IMG/VR virus record: IMGVR_UViG_3300005529_000039
Location: 1 to 61,333 of that record
Reading direction: 5' to 3' (one strand)
Origin: a virus
Taxonomy: Duplodnaviria > Caudoviricetes
Length of the DNA stretch: 61,333 nucleotides
The notes beneath the pieces are model-generated. The model ran no database searches. It saw nothing but the letters and a program-made list of their open reading frames with translations, and was not told where the DNA came from. Both the position numbers and the translations under genes were made by a program. The number at the start of each line of letters is the position of its first letter. The stretch's first letter is position 1. Of the stretch, positions 34,660 to 46,100 are shown one piece after another.

Positions 34660-36324
34660 ATGAATAATCTCTGGAAACTACTGTGCGGCGGAGTGAGACT
34701 GCCGCTTCTTTTTATTGAAGGTGATCCCGGCGCTGGTGGTGGAGGCGCGCCATCGGGCGGCGGAGATGGCGTCGCGGGTGGCGCGGGTGGCGGAGGCGGA
34801 GCACCAGCTGCCGGAGAAGGCGGCGGTGCAGGTGGAGAAGGTGCGGCAGCTGCGGCCGCGACGCCGAGTCCTTCGGAGAACCCGCGCGAATTTCTGCGCG
34901 ATGCGGTCTCCAAAATAAAGATTGACGAGACGGGTAAGGTCGAAGCTCCGAAACCTGCGGAGGCTGCCAAACCGGCCGAGGCTGCAAAAGTAGAAGAAAA
35001 GCCTGCCGACGGTCAGCCACAGCCGAAGACCGAAGCCGAACTCGAAGCAGAAAAACAAAAAGCCGAAGAAGCCGAGAAGGCCAAGCAGCAGCAGCAGGCC
35101 GAAGTCGATCCCCTCGACAAAGGTGGTCCGGTACCAGCAGAGAAACTGGCCGAAGCCATCAAGGCGAATCCCGAACTCGGCGCAGCGCTTGAAAAAGCCG
35201 GCATCGACAAAGAACAACTGTTTGAGACCTCGCGGCGCGCCGCGCTCTCGGATCAGTTCCTTGAGCACTTCCCCACTCCCGAAGCCGCCAAATTTGGCCG
35301 GGAGAGTGCGGAACACTTCTACGACATCGAGGAAAGCTTCCCCAAGATCAGGTCGACCGAAGACCTTGACAAGTTCATCACCGGAACAATGCTGCCACTC
35401 TCGATCATCTATGGCGCTGATGGCAAGCCAGTAATGAACCCAGACGGGAAGACCTTCAAGACTGATGGTTCGGTCAACCGCTTCCTGACCTTAGTCGGTG
35501 ACTTCGACAACAACATGTCAAAGGCAATCGCCGATCAGATCATCTCCCAGGGCACAGCTTTAGGAGCCGAAGACGGGCAGCCCGGCGCGGCGGTGAGGGA
35601 ATACGGCGAGCGGCTGAAAGCGGCGCTCGATGTCATCCAGGAGTTTCGTTCGGCAGGTTATCGCATGCCGACACCGAAAGCACAGCAGGCGGAACTCTCG
35701 CCTGAGCAAAAGGCGGAATTTGAGCGCCTTCGCAAACTGGAGCAGGAAACCATTGCCAAATCCAGTGAGCATCAAGAACGCGAAGTAAGCACATTCGAAG
35801 AAAACCTGTTTAAGGACGCGACGGAAGATGCCGATAAATTCCTTCGTGCAACCATTGACCAGACCAGCCTCAACGACAACGAAAAAAAGCACGCCATCGC
35901 CGACATCTACGAAGAAGTAGGGGAATTGATGGAGGCCGATCGCACCTTCAAGCAGCAGAAGCAACAACTGTGGAGCCAAGGCTTGAGCGATCAGACCCGG
36001 GCGCAGATTCGGGCACTGAATAGCCGAACCTTCAAGGTCTATGCCGGGAAGGTGATGGACAAGGTGCTGCGTGAGGCTGGCGACAAGCGCATTCGCGAGA
36101 ATGCCGACCGCAACAAAAAAATCGACGCGCAGATCGACAAAGACAAAATGCACCAGACGGCAGGAACTTCGACGGCTACCAGCGTAGCCAGGATTCCTTC
36201 AGGAGACGATCTCCACAACAAGGCCGTGACTGATCTCCGCAAGGAGCTAAATCGCGAGCCGAGAGAGCAGGAGATATTCACCCGCGTACTGGAGCTAAAA
36301 GGTCTTCGTCAGAAATCTGCGTGA
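34660..36324 (+). CDS. Scaffolding protein
   Basis: Gly/Ala/Pro/Glu-rich N-terminus, helical, between portal and capsid. Confidence 0.7.
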   Translation: MNNLWKLLCGGVRLPLLFIEGDPGAGGGGAPSGGGDGVAGGAGGGGGAPAAGEGGGAGGEGAAAAAATPSPSENPREFLRDAVSKIKIDETGKVEAPKPAEAAKPAEAAKVEEKPADGQPQPKTEAELEAEKQKAEEAEKAKQQQQAEVDPLDKGGPVPAEKLAEAIKANPELGAALEKAGIDKEQLFETSRRAALSDQFLEHFPTPEAAKFGRESAEHFYDIEESFPKIRSTEDLDKFITGTMLPLSIIYGADGKPVMNPDGKTFKTDGSVNRFLTLVGDFDNNMSKAIADQIISQGTALGAEDGQPGAAVREYGERLKAALDVIQEFRSAGYRMPTPKAQQAELSPEQKAEFERLRKLEQETIAKSSEHQEREVSTFEENLFKDATEDADKFLRATIDQTSLNDNEKKHAIADIYEEVGELMEADRTFKQQKQQLWSQGLSDQTRAQIRALNSRTFKVYAGKVMDKVLREAGDKRIRENADRNKKIDAQIDKDKMHQTAGTSTATSVARIPSGDDLHNKAVTDLRKELNREPREQEIFTRVLELKGLRQKSA

Positions 36325-36381
36325 GGCCCGTGACCTGCGACAGCCTGATGCTATCGCGCAACCTTAACGGAGGATAAACCA

Positions 36382-37647
36382 ATGGATATCGCATCAATTG
36401 CGAACCTGACGCTTGAGGGCGTCTCGACTGAGATTCCCAAGGTGCTGATCACGGACAAGAGTCTGGCTGGTCAGTTCAAAAACACCCGCGCCACGCGCGT
36501 CTCAAACCGCCTGTTCCGTATCGTCTCGCAGATTGCCTTGGCGGGCGGCGATTCCCGGAACATCAACCTCGATGGCGGAGCTTTGCCGCTCGGTTCCAGC
36601 CCCAAATGGCTGGCCGGTGGTGTCACCCCGACCACCATTTCCGTCGCCACCAACTGGACGGAACTGACCGCAATGATCGGACAGAAAGTGGATGGAGTGG
36701 CCATCCAGAACGTCGTCACCGAAGCCCTGGCCAACCTGACGGTGATGATGCGCAACTGGGAAGACATCGGATTACACACCGACGGAACTGGAAGTCTGGC
36801 AACATTGAACGGCGCTCCAGCAAACAAGACCGTCACGCTGAACCCTACGCCATTCGGTGCGCGCAACATTGAGATCGGACAGACGGTCGATATCGTGAAC
36901 CCGGTGGGGAACGTTACCCGAGGGTCACTCACCATCGACAACAAGTCCGCGTATCTCGGCAGCGCGCAGAGTTTCACCTACGTCACGCCGGACGTTGCTG
37001 GCGCCGCCAACAACGACATCGTGCGCTACGGCGGACTCACCGACGGCGTCCCGAAGTGGATCAATGGGCTGAAATACCTAGTCAATACGTCCACGGCTGG
37101 CGAGTTGCACGGAATCGCGCGTACCACTCCCCAGGTTGTGGCCAACGGCTTTGATATGGGCGGCTCTCCGATCACCCGGTCGGCAATCCAGCTCCTGCTC
37201 AGCCAGCGCCGCGCCCGCATCTCTGAGGAAGAACTGGGAACCAGCTTCTGGTACACCCACGATTCCCAGGTGCAGTCGCTGAAAGAAATCGGCTACGACC
37301 TGCAGTACATCCCGCTGACCGGCGGAGAGGCGTCGAAGTTCGATCCTTTCTTCCGCGGCGAGCCCACGATCGAAGGCCAGCCGATCAAGCGCGGCCAGCA
37401 CGCGGATCAGCAGGCGTGGTATCTGCTGGTACCGGATTGCTTCGGATTCGTGAAATTCAGCGATCCATTCTGGGCAATGGTGTTTGGATCTCGTGTCTAT
37501 AACACCTACAACCAGGGCGGCACACCGAACCTGCAGTACGGCAGCTGCTACATTAATCCGAAACAGGTGTTCCTCGATAACGCCGTCGCCCAAGGGTTAA
37601 TTAGCGGATGTGGTGTACCCAGCGGCCATATCAACGGGCTAAGCTAG
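36382..37647 (+). CDS. Major capsid protein
   Basis: GGAGG RBS, 421 aa after the scaffold, DGTG..GL...HGI.R pattern, followed by a terminator. Confidence 0.8.
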   Translation: MDIASIANLTLEGVSTEIPKVLITDKSLAGQFKNTRATRVSNRLFRIVSQIALAGGDSRNINLDGGALPLGSSPKWLAGGVTPTTISVATNWTELTAMIGQKVDGVAIQNVVTEALANLTVMMRNWEDIGLHTDGTGSLATLNGAPANKTVTLNPTPFGARNIEIGQTVDIVNPVGNVTRGSLTIDNKSAYLGSAQSFTYVTPDVAGAANNDIVRYGGLTDGVPKWINGLKYLVNTSTAGELHGIARTTPQVVANGFDMGGSPITRSAIQLLLSQRRARISEEELGTSFWYTHDSQVQSLKEIGYDLQYIPLTGGEASKFDPFFRGEPTIEGQPIKRGQHADQQAWYLLVPDCFGFVKFSDPFWAMVFGSRVYNTYNQGGTPNLQYGSCYINPKQVFLDNAVAQGLISGCGVPSGHINGLS

Positions 37648-37676
37648 TATCAGACAACTATAGCTACATGCTACCC

Positions 37677-38228
37677 TCAATGGAGGTGCTTTAAGGCACC
37701 TCCATCTTTTTTCGCTCTCTTTTTAGTCGGTAAATATTTCGGAGCACCAGGAAGATGCTTCCAATTTCTGCCAGTCACGATCGCACTAATCGTAACTTGC
37801 TGAACACCGTATTCGGCGGCCAATTCAACCCCATTGCCATGAGAATAGCGCTCCCTAATCCGGATGACATCAGTCTCAGTAAGTCGTGCAGTGTTTACAG
37901 CAGAGCCGCAGAGGTGGTGGTCGCGTTTCTTTGCGTACATATCAGCCGTATTCTCGGCCATTGTGCCAGCCTCAACGTGCCACGGGTTATAGCACGCACG
38001 GTTGTCGCACGTATGCATTCCGCATGGCATCGGCCACTCACCGCGCGTAAGTTTGTAAGCGAGCCGATGGGCGAGAACGATGCGGCGCATTTCTGGGTAA
38101 ACCAAAAAACCATATCCTTTCGGAGTCCGCGCAAACGGCCACTCCAAGCACTCATCGGTCTTATGTTCGGAAATTGTCCGCTTGAGGTATTCGAAAGCGG
38201 TTTCTTTGGTGATATCGTAGTAGCGCAT
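37677..38228 (-). CDS. HNH homing endonuclease with C-terminal HTH
   Basis: CLEW..GYG..AHRLAY..HTCDNRACYNPWH..GT..EN..DM..K.R. Confidence 0.88.
   Translation of the reverse strand: MRYYDITKETAFEYLKRTISEHKTDECLEWPFARTPKGYGFLVYPEMRRIVLAHRLAYKLTRGEWPMPCGMHTCDNRACYNPWHVEAGTMAENTADMYAKKRDHHLCGSAVNTARLTETDVIRIRERYSHGNGVELAAEYGVQQVTISAIVTGRNWKHLPGAPKYLPTKKRAKKDGGALKHLH
37680..37712 (+). terminator. Rho-independent terminator after the capsid gene
   Basis: ATGGAGGTGC-TTTAAG-GCACCTCCAT followed by CTTTTTT. Confidence 0.7.
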
Positions 38229-38321
38229 CGCATGTCCTCCCGTGACTGCGGTGTGTGGCCGGACTCGCTGTTTACGCAGCGACCGGCCTTTTCATTTTAA
38301 ATCCAACCACCCAGAGTTGTC

Positions 38322-39176
38322 ATGACAGAAAAGAAGGAAACGAGACAAGGTCGCAGCCGTGTGCTTCCAGGCGGAGAAGCGCCGCGCCGCGTGCGCAGAT
38401 TTCTTGAACGGGTAGGCGGGACAAATCCACACGGAGAGCCGAACTACCGCATCGTCATCGCTGAGTTCGTGCAAATTTATCGTGGCAACAACTGGCATGA
38501 CTGGCCAAAGAACACCAGAATCCAAGATCAAGGCGGACTGGTTTTTTCAGAAGAACGGAAGATCGTGCGAACGGTTGTTCCCGATGTAACTGGAGGCAAG
38601 CACGAGCTAGTTTACGAGGCTCCAGCGGAGGTAGCAGTCAGCCATCAGCAACCGCTGCGCATCGTCTCGGAGATGCGCTGGATTCGGCGCTACCCGCACC
38701 TCAACGGTTGGGTGTTGCAGCACTGGGACCCGCCGTACCTATATGGCAGTCGCGCAGAGTGGGAGAGCCATCGCGTACCCGGCGCGACACACTTACTCTC
38801 ATTGGGAGAATTCCCTAATCACGGCGACTACGAAATTTCCTGCGAATGGTGTGACCCGCAAAAAGGCTTTCAGCGCCTTGGAGGATTACCGGAGCTACCT
38901 CCCCTGAGCATCCTCGAAACGGCGATTCAACAGCGCGAGGCACGAAGACACGAACAGTTGTCAGCTAATCCAGAGTGGCGTCACCTTACGCGCATGCTCG
39001 AATGGCAAGAACAACAGGAAGCCGAAGAGCGCAAGAACAAAGAGAGCCTGCAGAAGTACTACCGCGACATCATGAAGCCATACATGGCTTCGTCGCTTGA
39101 GTCCGGACGCCTGCGAGAGCAGCTTGCAAATCGCGCCCGTGCACGCGGCGTCGAACTCGGACACGTCGGCAACTAG
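38322..39176 (+). CDS. Phage hypothetical protein
   Basis: 284 aa in the head module. Confidence 0.75.
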   Translation: MTEKKETRQGRSRVLPGGEAPRRVRRFLERVGGTNPHGEPNYRIVIAEFVQIYRGNNWHDWPKNTRIQDQGGLVFSEERKIVRTVVPDVTGGKHELVYEAPAEVAVSHQQPLRIVSEMRWIRRYPHLNGWVLQHWDPPYLYGSRAEWESHRVPGATHLLSLGEFPNHGDYEISCEWCDPQKGFQRLGGLPELPPLSILETAIQQREARRHEQLSANPEWRHLTRMLEWQEQQEAEERKNKESLQKYYRDIMKPYMASSLESGRLREQLANRARARGVELGHVGN

Positions 39177-39245
39177 AAGTTTCGCGGCGGAAACCGCGCC
39201 GTACCTAAGGCCCGCACTCAGGGCAAATCAAGGAGAACAACACAA

Positions 39246-40247
39246 ATGCCAGAAATGTCAGCACACAATGCTCCCCCAGTAGTTGGCCGCGCCGGCATAG
39301 TGGGAGAAGCCGAACAGGCGCGGTTGATGCAACTCGCCGAACTCAGCGTGGAAATGGATGACCGGGGATGGGATCCGGCTTCGGTTGTCAGCCTGCACCC
39401 ATTCCGTGTGTATACCACGGGAGTCTTATTGCGGGAACTGACCTTGCCGGGTGTTCCACTCGACGATGCGGGATGGGAAAAAGCACGCAAGATTAAAGTT
39501 GGCGGTTTTGAAGTCCCTTACGTCCAGCACATCTTTACCCGCTGGGAACCGATCATCCTTGAGCAGGTTCACGGCTTCGAGGGGAACTTCCAGGGGTCGA
39601 TCTCGCGCAAGGCGATTTTGCCGATCACTCTGGCCAATGACGTTGTCCATCAAAACAACAACCCATCGACGCGCGGTGGGGTCGTTGCTTATAAAGGCGA
39701 CCATCCGCCATTCCTCAATCCCGATACTCAGGGGAAAGAACGCGATCAATTGGAACAGGCTTTTGCCCAGCAGATCGCTTTCTACACGCGCCTTTTCGAG
39801 GAAGCGGAGTCGGCTTTTTCAAACCCCAACACCAAGCTGAATCTGTGGCGGGAGATGCAATACAACCGCTGGGCCACGCGCTACCTGCGCAAACTGGGAA
39901 TCGTTCCCCAAGACCCGAAGTGGCTGGTCAAGACGGTGCAAGCTGGCGGCCAAACACCACAGCATTGCATTTCTTGCGGAGCGGAATCAAAGCCTGGAGC
40001 GCTGCGCTGCACCAATGGGCAATGCACCTACGTATTCAAGCCCTACGAAGCGTTTGACAGTTTCGTGATTGGCTTGGACACGCCGGGAGCGTCACTCGCT
40101 TATCGCCGTCTCGATGCAGACCAAGTTGCGAAGTTGATCAAGGCGGGACGCTTCACCTTCGATCAACTCGAGGCCGCTGGCTTCGTGGTTCCTCCACAGA
40201 AAAGTAAACAGGCCAAAGAAAAAGAGGCACCCGCTGCAAACAGCTAG
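39246..40247 (+). CDS. Hypothetical protein with Zn ribbon
   Basis: AAGGAG RBS, CISCG..CTNGQC. Confidence 0.75.
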   Translation: MPEMSAHNAPPVVGRAGIVGEAEQARLMQLAELSVEMDDRGWDPASVVSLHPFRVYTTGVLLRELTLPGVPLDDAGWEKARKIKVGGFEVPYVQHIFTRWEPIILEQVHGFEGNFQGSISRKAILPITLANDVVHQNNNPSTRGGVVAYKGDHPPFLNPDTQGKERDQLEQAFAQQIAFYTRLFEEAESAFSNPNTKLNLWREMQYNRWATRYLRKLGIVPQDPKWLVKTVQAGGQTPQHCISCGAESKPGALRCTNGQCTYVFKPYEAFDSFVIGLDTPGASLAYRRLDADQVAKLIKAGRFTFDQLEAAGFVVPPQKSKQAKEKEAPAANS

Positions 40248-40263
40248 CCCACAGCTCGCGCCC

Positions 40264-40458
40264 GTGAAGAGCGAGAGCATTTCACGCATCGGGTACGATC
40301 GTCCGTCGCATACGCTCATCGTGCGTTTCGCGCATGGAGGAACCTATGCCTATGACGGCGTACCCGAGCATGAGCACCAGAGACTTCTGAGCGCCGATTC
40401 AATTGGCGCGCACTTTCATAAACACATTCGGAATTCCTTTCGCGGAAGGAAAATTTGA
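40264..40458 (+). CDS. KTSC domain protein
   Basis: SESISRIGYD..LIVRF..GGTYAY.GVP..LLSADSIG.HF..HIR. Confidence 0.9.
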   Translation: MKSESISRIGYDRPSHTLIVRFAHGGTYAYDGVPEHEHQRLLSADSIGAHFHKHIRNSFRGRKI

Positions 40459-40459
40459 G

Positions 40460-41926
40460 ATGAGAAGAACCCTGTTTATCTTGGCAGCACTGGCGGTTTC
40501 TTCGCTGGCACTACAAGCGCAATGCGTTCCTTCCGACCAGCAGAGTTGCACGCCTGGAGTAGGGCTTACGCTTCCTGACGCGCATGCGCTCAACTGGAAC
40601 CTTCCCCTCAACCAAAACTTCTCAGAGATCGATTCTCTATTGAGTGGATCGGCGGTGGTGCCAAAACTCGATCTGGCCAACCTCAACAACATCGTGCTGG
40701 TCGATGGAACCAAATACGCCTGTTCGGATGCGGGAATTACCGCAGCCATGAACGCACTCGGCGGCGGCGGCGGGATCGTGGACGCCCGCGGCTGCACCGG
40801 CAACATGACTTGGACCAACACCCTGACTTTCTCTGAGCCGATCAAGTTGTTACTGGGAGCGGTAAACATAACCGCCATGGGCAATCCTGGCGTAACCATG
40901 AATTCAATCGGCGCCGAAATCGCCGGTTCTGGAAGAAACATAACCATCATTACTTCCGGAATCAATGCGGATCTGATCCAGACGGCGGCCGGTGCGGAAA
41001 AAGTTCACGACCTAGAACTGGAGGGGGCTGGATTCTCTTCCAATCACGCCATCAATATGGTTGGTGGAAACTCCCAAGAGTTATACAGGATTTACGCCAA
41101 TAACTTCGGAGCATCCACAATCACCTGGGCGGCGAACGTCGGGAACCATTCGAGCATTTCTGATTCCTTCCTGCAGCCAAGTTGCTCCGCCTCTGGCTTT
41201 CCGACCTGCACGGTTCCATGCATACAGGTTCCGACCGACACCACTTTAGGCCATCCTCGGAAAGTTACCCAGATAAGTTGCTCAGGCGCTCCATTTGACG
41301 CTGGTGGCGGCGACAACACGCTGGTGACCGACTCTTTCTTTAATGGGCTGCTGATGAACAGCAGCAGCAAAAAGTTCGTATTTGTCGGAAACCGAGTGGT
41401 GCAGACAACGAATGCCTCGATCACGATCACCGGCATAAACCAGGTGCTCGTCGGCAATGCGTTTGCCATGGTCAACGGCATCATTCTCGACAGCGCACTG
41501 GCGCAGTCGGTAATCGGCCCGAATATCGGCGTCGGCGGAATTATCAACAATGCACCCTTGGCCAACGCCAATGTTGTAATCCAAGCAGACAACGCGGGTG
41601 GCTTTGCGATGTTTCCGCAAATGACGGCGAAGAGCCTGCTTTGGTCGAGCACGGCACCAACTATCTCGTCCGGGTTTGGAACTTCGCCATCGATCGTGCA
41701 GCAGAACGGAACCGCTGCTTTTGAGATCAACGTAGGGACGGGCGGTGCGTCGAGCGGGGCGGTTACTTTACCGACGGCTGCGAACGGATGGTCGTGCCAG
41801 GTATCCGACATGACCACAAACATCGCAAGTCGGGAGACCGCATTTACCACCACCTCTGTCACTCTGACTGGCGCGAGCGCGTGGAGTGCTTCCGATAAGT
41901 TACTCGTAAACTGCACTGGATTTTAG
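40460..41926 (+). CDS. Tailspike/beta-helix protein with signal peptide
   Basis: MRRTLFILAALAVSSLALQA-Q, TPGVGLTLP..WN.PLNQNF.EID attachment-like motif, beta-helix core. Confidence 0.8.
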   Translation: MRRTLFILAALAVSSLALQAQCVPSDQQSCTPGVGLTLPDAHALNWNLPLNQNFSEIDSLLSGSAVVPKLDLANLNNIVLVDGTKYACSDAGITAAMNALGGGGGIVDARGCTGNMTWTNTLTFSEPIKLLLGAVNITAMGNPGVTMNSIGAEIAGSGRNITIITSGINADLIQTAAGAEKVHDLELEGAGFSSNHAINMVGGNSQELYRIYANNFGASTITWAANVGNHSSISDSFLQPSCSASGFPTCTVPCIQVPTDTTLGHPRKVTQISCSGAPFDAGGGDNTLVTDSFFNGLLMNSSSKKFVFVGNRVVQTTNASITITGINQVLVGNAFAMVNGIILDSALAQSVIGPNIGVGGIINNAPLANANVVIQADNAGGFAMFPQMTAKSLLWSSTAPTISSGFGTSPSIVQQNGTAAFEINVGTGGASSGAVTLPTAANGWSCQVSDMTTNIASRETAFTTTSVTLTGASAWSASDKLLVNCTGF

Positions 41927-41928
41927 CT

Positions 41929-42666
41929 ATGAATGTCCAAGAGATCATTCGCCGGGTGCAGGTCGAGCTCGAAGATTTAGCGGGCGATGACTGGTCCGAC
42001 CCCGACTACATAATCGGGAAGTTGAGCGTGGTCGGAGACGATATTGCCGCGCGCATCGCTGGGCTTGATCTTAATTACGACACCCAGGTGATCATCCTAC
42101 CGAACGTTCCCGCCAACACCACAGACTTGTCCGCCTATCAGGCCGTCGGCCAGCCTCTGGCCTCAATGATTCTCCCCAAGTCGGTCGAATACCGCCTTGC
42201 GGGACAAAGCCAGGAAGACTGGAATCCAGTGCCGAACGTCGATAAAGTGATCGACACGGACCGAGGCACAGGGGAAGCGGGAGCGGCCGTTGCTTCAGAC
42301 GATGAATCGGTCGAAAGCTACGAATGGCGTGGAGGAATCATTTATCTGAGTCCATGCTCCGCGCCGGTAGATTTGCGGGTCCGTTATCAGGGATTGGCTA
42401 TCCAACTCGACAACTCGAACAACCAGCAAGTCGCTGGCATGACCAACGTGCACGTCTATAAAACCTGCGAGAAGATTTGCGCCTCTCGCGGTGGCGAGAC
42501 CAATGCCATGGTTGACTACTTCACGAAACTCTACGACCGCGCAATTGCAGACTTTGAAATGTTGGCGGTAAAAGATACCTCACAGACGCGCACCATGCGC
42601 CTTGGTGGACGACGCTCCCAGAACCCATGGGGCGGACCGAACTTCCGGCCACCAATTGTCGGCTGA
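41929..42666 (+). CDS. Head-tail adaptor
   Basis: N-terminal helix IIRRVQ.EL.D, IYLSP motif, position before the nozzle. Confidence 0.65.
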   Translation: MNVQEIIRRVQVELEDLAGDDWSDPDYIIGKLSVVGDDIAARIAGLDLNYDTQVIILPNVPANTTDLSAYQAVGQPLASMILPKSVEYRLAGQSQEDWNPVPNVDKVIDTDRGTGEAGAAVASDDESVESYEWRGGIIYLSPCSAPVDLRVRYQGLAIQLDNSNNQQVAGMTNVHVYKTCEKICASRGGETNAMVDYFTKLYDRAIADFEMLAVKDTSQTRTMRLGGRRSQNPWGGPNFRPPIVG

Positions 42667-42708
42667 TTCCGCACTTATTAAATTTCCAAACTCCCAAGGA
42701 GGAATGCA

Positions 42709-43122
42709 ATGTCACTAGCGTTGACTCTTCTGAGCAAGAAGCGCGCCGTGGGCAACAAAATTACCTATCAGTACAAAGGCGTGCTTTCGAACAACTACAC
42801 CAACTCTGGCGGGGTCGGGAACGTGGGTACCCCGGGCGAAACCGTGAACTTCGACGCAGCCACGAATCCAAATCTGGTCGCGCGTCCGAAGCTTCCACGT
42901 GGCCCAGCGGCCAAACTGCCAGCAAACACCGACTGCCGCGTCTACCTGCCAAACGGCTACGACGGGCAGATCGAGCAGAACGCCAATAACCCCACTGCTG
43001 CGAATTACGTTCTGCGGCTCTTTACTACCGCAGCTACGGAACTTGGCGCTGGAGCCTATCCGGCTGGCCTCACCGCTGAGCCGCTCGTGATCGAAGTGGA
43101 CGTGCCTTCTAAGTACATCTAG
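42709..43122 (+). CDS. Putative virion structural protein
   Basis: AAGGAGG RBS, beta-rich. Confidence 0.7.
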   Translation: MSLALTLLSKKRAVGNKITYQYKGVLSNNYTNSGGVGNVGTPGETVNFDAATNPNLVARPKLPRGPAAKLPANTDCRVYLPNGYDGQIEQNANNPTAANYVLRLFTTAATELGAGAYPAGLTAEPLVIEVDVPSKYI

Positions 43123-43141
43123 CTCGACGAGGTAATTTCCA

Positions 43142-46100
43142 ATCAATTTTGAAGGGTTTCTTCCTTGGAAGATTCTGCGCTTAGGCGGTTTGGTGGACTG
43201 GGACGATCCCACCCAACTGCCGAACGGGGTTGCCATAGTTGCGCAGAACGTCCAGTACCAAGCTGAGTCGGTGCGTACCCGCGACGGGTTCCGTCACACC
43301 ATGTCCTATGGTCTACCTGGCGAAGGCTATGGGGACCTGGGTTACGGAGATGGAGGATACGGCGATAGCTTCGTGACCGGGCTGGATGTACTGCGGGTGC
43401 TCAACGCCGATGTCTCCTGGGCTTCGGTCATCTTCACCAGTGATGGGCATTTACTGACGGAAGACCCTCCTGGATCGGGGACTTTGGTCTCAATTGCGGC
43501 CAGCAGCATCCTTGGTTCAATTCCCTTCCCAGCCAATGCCAGCATGCTAACCGCGAAAGCCTTTAACCGCATTTACATGACCTTCAGTGATCTGAAAACC
43601 GGCATGGGCATTCCTGCGGTGCTCGATGGGCCAAGCGGAAACGTGAGTCCAATTTCGCAAAATCCCATTGGTATGCCATGGACGCCCGACCTCTACGCGC
43701 AGGTTGGGGATTTAGTGAAACCACCAAGTGCCGGCGGTCGCTGGTTCCGCTGCATCACCCCTGGAATCATGCAGCCGCAGGAACCAACCTGGCCGCTGCT
43801 CGATGGCTACTTTACCGTGGTCAATGGAACCGAAGTATTCAATCCTCCCATGGCAACCGACGGAGTTACGCAGTGGGAAGAGTGGACACCCGCTGCGCCT
43901 TCGCAAATTCCGCTACCACAGATCCCCGTCAGCGTAACCGACAACCCAGGTGGTGGAACCATCGCCGCCGGTAACGATATTTACGTGCGGCTGTCGTTTA
44001 TTCATCCCAATGTGAGCTCTACCCCATGGCAGCAGGCCGTCACTTTTCTCAACACTGGCGCAAATGATGCGATCACCCTGCAATTTCAAAACTCCAGCGA
44101 TGTTCCCTACTTTGGCCAAGGTGGTCCCCGAGTGCCGCGCTGGATGTCGCAAGTTGTACTCCATCCAGAAGTTTTTCAGACTTCGATTCAGTTGCAGGTA
44201 TGGGTGGCGTCGGTTGCGCACGGTAACCCACCTCCAACTCAGTACGGGCTTTTCGCGACGGTCGATATTGATGCGCCCGTCGTAATCACCTCTGTTCCTG
44301 TTGCTACGCAGGCGGCACCATCTGCCGACACTGCGGCCCCCATACTTCTGACCGTATTCAAGGGTGAATCGGGCATTCGGCAGATGATCATCGTGCGCTA
44401 CGACCAAAACGGGCAGCCCAGCCCAGTCGATCCTGGTTCTCCGATCCCGATCTCATTCACCAGCCACGGTCCCATTCCGGTTGCCTTCCTGCCACCTGGA
44501 GCCGGGAACGATGGACTCGATACCGCCGCCTTTACGGTTGCTGGACAAGGACCAGCAGGACCGTACCTTTTCCTTGATGAGCCCGATCCATTGCAGCCAT
44601 TCGCCACTGGGATCCAAAGCATCAGTCGCACCGGTGGCACAACGACCGCGGTGGTCAACGACGCTTCCGGACTCGCCGCCGGCGATGTGGTATTCCTCGC
44701 CGACAATGTGGTGGTACGGCCCGCAATTCGCTTGCTGGATTCGCCGAATGGTGCCGTGACCACGGACCGAGTCATTATCCTCAACCCTCCCGATCCTCCG
44801 TTTTTTCACGGCAGCACGACGATTTTCTACACCACCGCAACCTATGGAACCAAGACGCCGCACGGACTTTCGGTAAACGACAAGGTCACGATCTCTGGAG
44901 TAGCGAACGGCATTTTCAATCTTTCGGGAACGGTGCTGGCGGTCATTGATGCCACCCACTTTAAAGTCAGCCTTTTTTCTTCAAGCTTCGCCCAATCTGG
45001 TGGAGGTTCCGCGACTCCGACCTCTGGGGCAGCCTTCGATACTTCGTTCGTAGGTGAATTTACGCTGGCAACCGTCGACCTGATTTCAAATCAGGTTACC
45101 TGGGCACAGGTGGGACAACCAAACGCAGCCCCGGTGGGACCGTTTCCCACGGTAACCATCTTCCTGCAACAGACACTTCCAACTCAGGCCCAAGCTGGGA
45201 CAGTGGCCATTCCGCTGAATTTCGACGACACGTCGCTTGCCTCTGCCACCCAAAACGACGTAACCGAACAGTTGAACTGCATCGTATTGCCGCCCTGCAT
45301 TGACATTGCCTACCTGCCATCGACCCAGCGCATGGTCTACACCAGCGACCAAGAGCCAGCCGGACTGATCTTTTCGGAAGAAAATTTCCCTGGCGTCATC
45401 GACGGCGAGAACGCAATTTTAACCATCGACATTTCTAACGGCGGCATCGTGGTGGGCGCTCGGGAAACCCGCAACGGACAGATCGTAGGTTTCAAGTCAA
45501 ACGGAGGATATGCGATCACTCCAAGCGGGGATAACCCTGCAGAGTGGGGCGTAACCAGACTCTGGGGAGAACGTGGTCCCGCAAGCGGTCGCGCTATTGC
45601 CAGTTCTCGCGGGGGCAGCGCAGCCGAAAGCTTCCTGATTTTTGCTGATCCAGAAAACGGACTGCATCGCTATCCCGGAACCAATACCCCGCTTGATTGG
45701 CTCAGTCAGGAGTTGAAGAGCCGGCGGCCCGGGCAATTGAGCACATGGGATCGGGTAAATCGGCAAGCGGCCGAGCAAATCTGGGTAGTGATCGACGAAG
45801 ACCAAAAGGAAATCAAAGTAGGCGTACCACTCGACGGCGCGACTTCCCCTTCGCATATTCTGACCATGAGTTACGGCAACGGCTGGGATCCACCATTGAT
45901 GATGACCATGACAGGAGAATGGATCGAGAGCCGCACTTCGCGACGTTGGTCGCTTGATCCGATTCCTACCTACTGTGCCCAAGCAGTCGATAGAACGCTG
46001 CAAACGCCGGTTGATCCCAGGGTAGACACGCGACAGATTCTTTTTGGGATGGCGGGCGGAACTGGCGGCAACTTCGTCGACTTCCAGGTGCCGAATGTGT

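Noticed and set aside
34660-34720. Prp-type cleavage leader on the scaffold (LPLLF-IEG)
   Set aside because: Only a loose resemblance to LQ[LF]FA, and no protease evidence
12575-41926. Diversity-generating retroelement acting on fibres
   Set aside because: No reverse transcriptase, and no near-identical template/variable repeat pair seen
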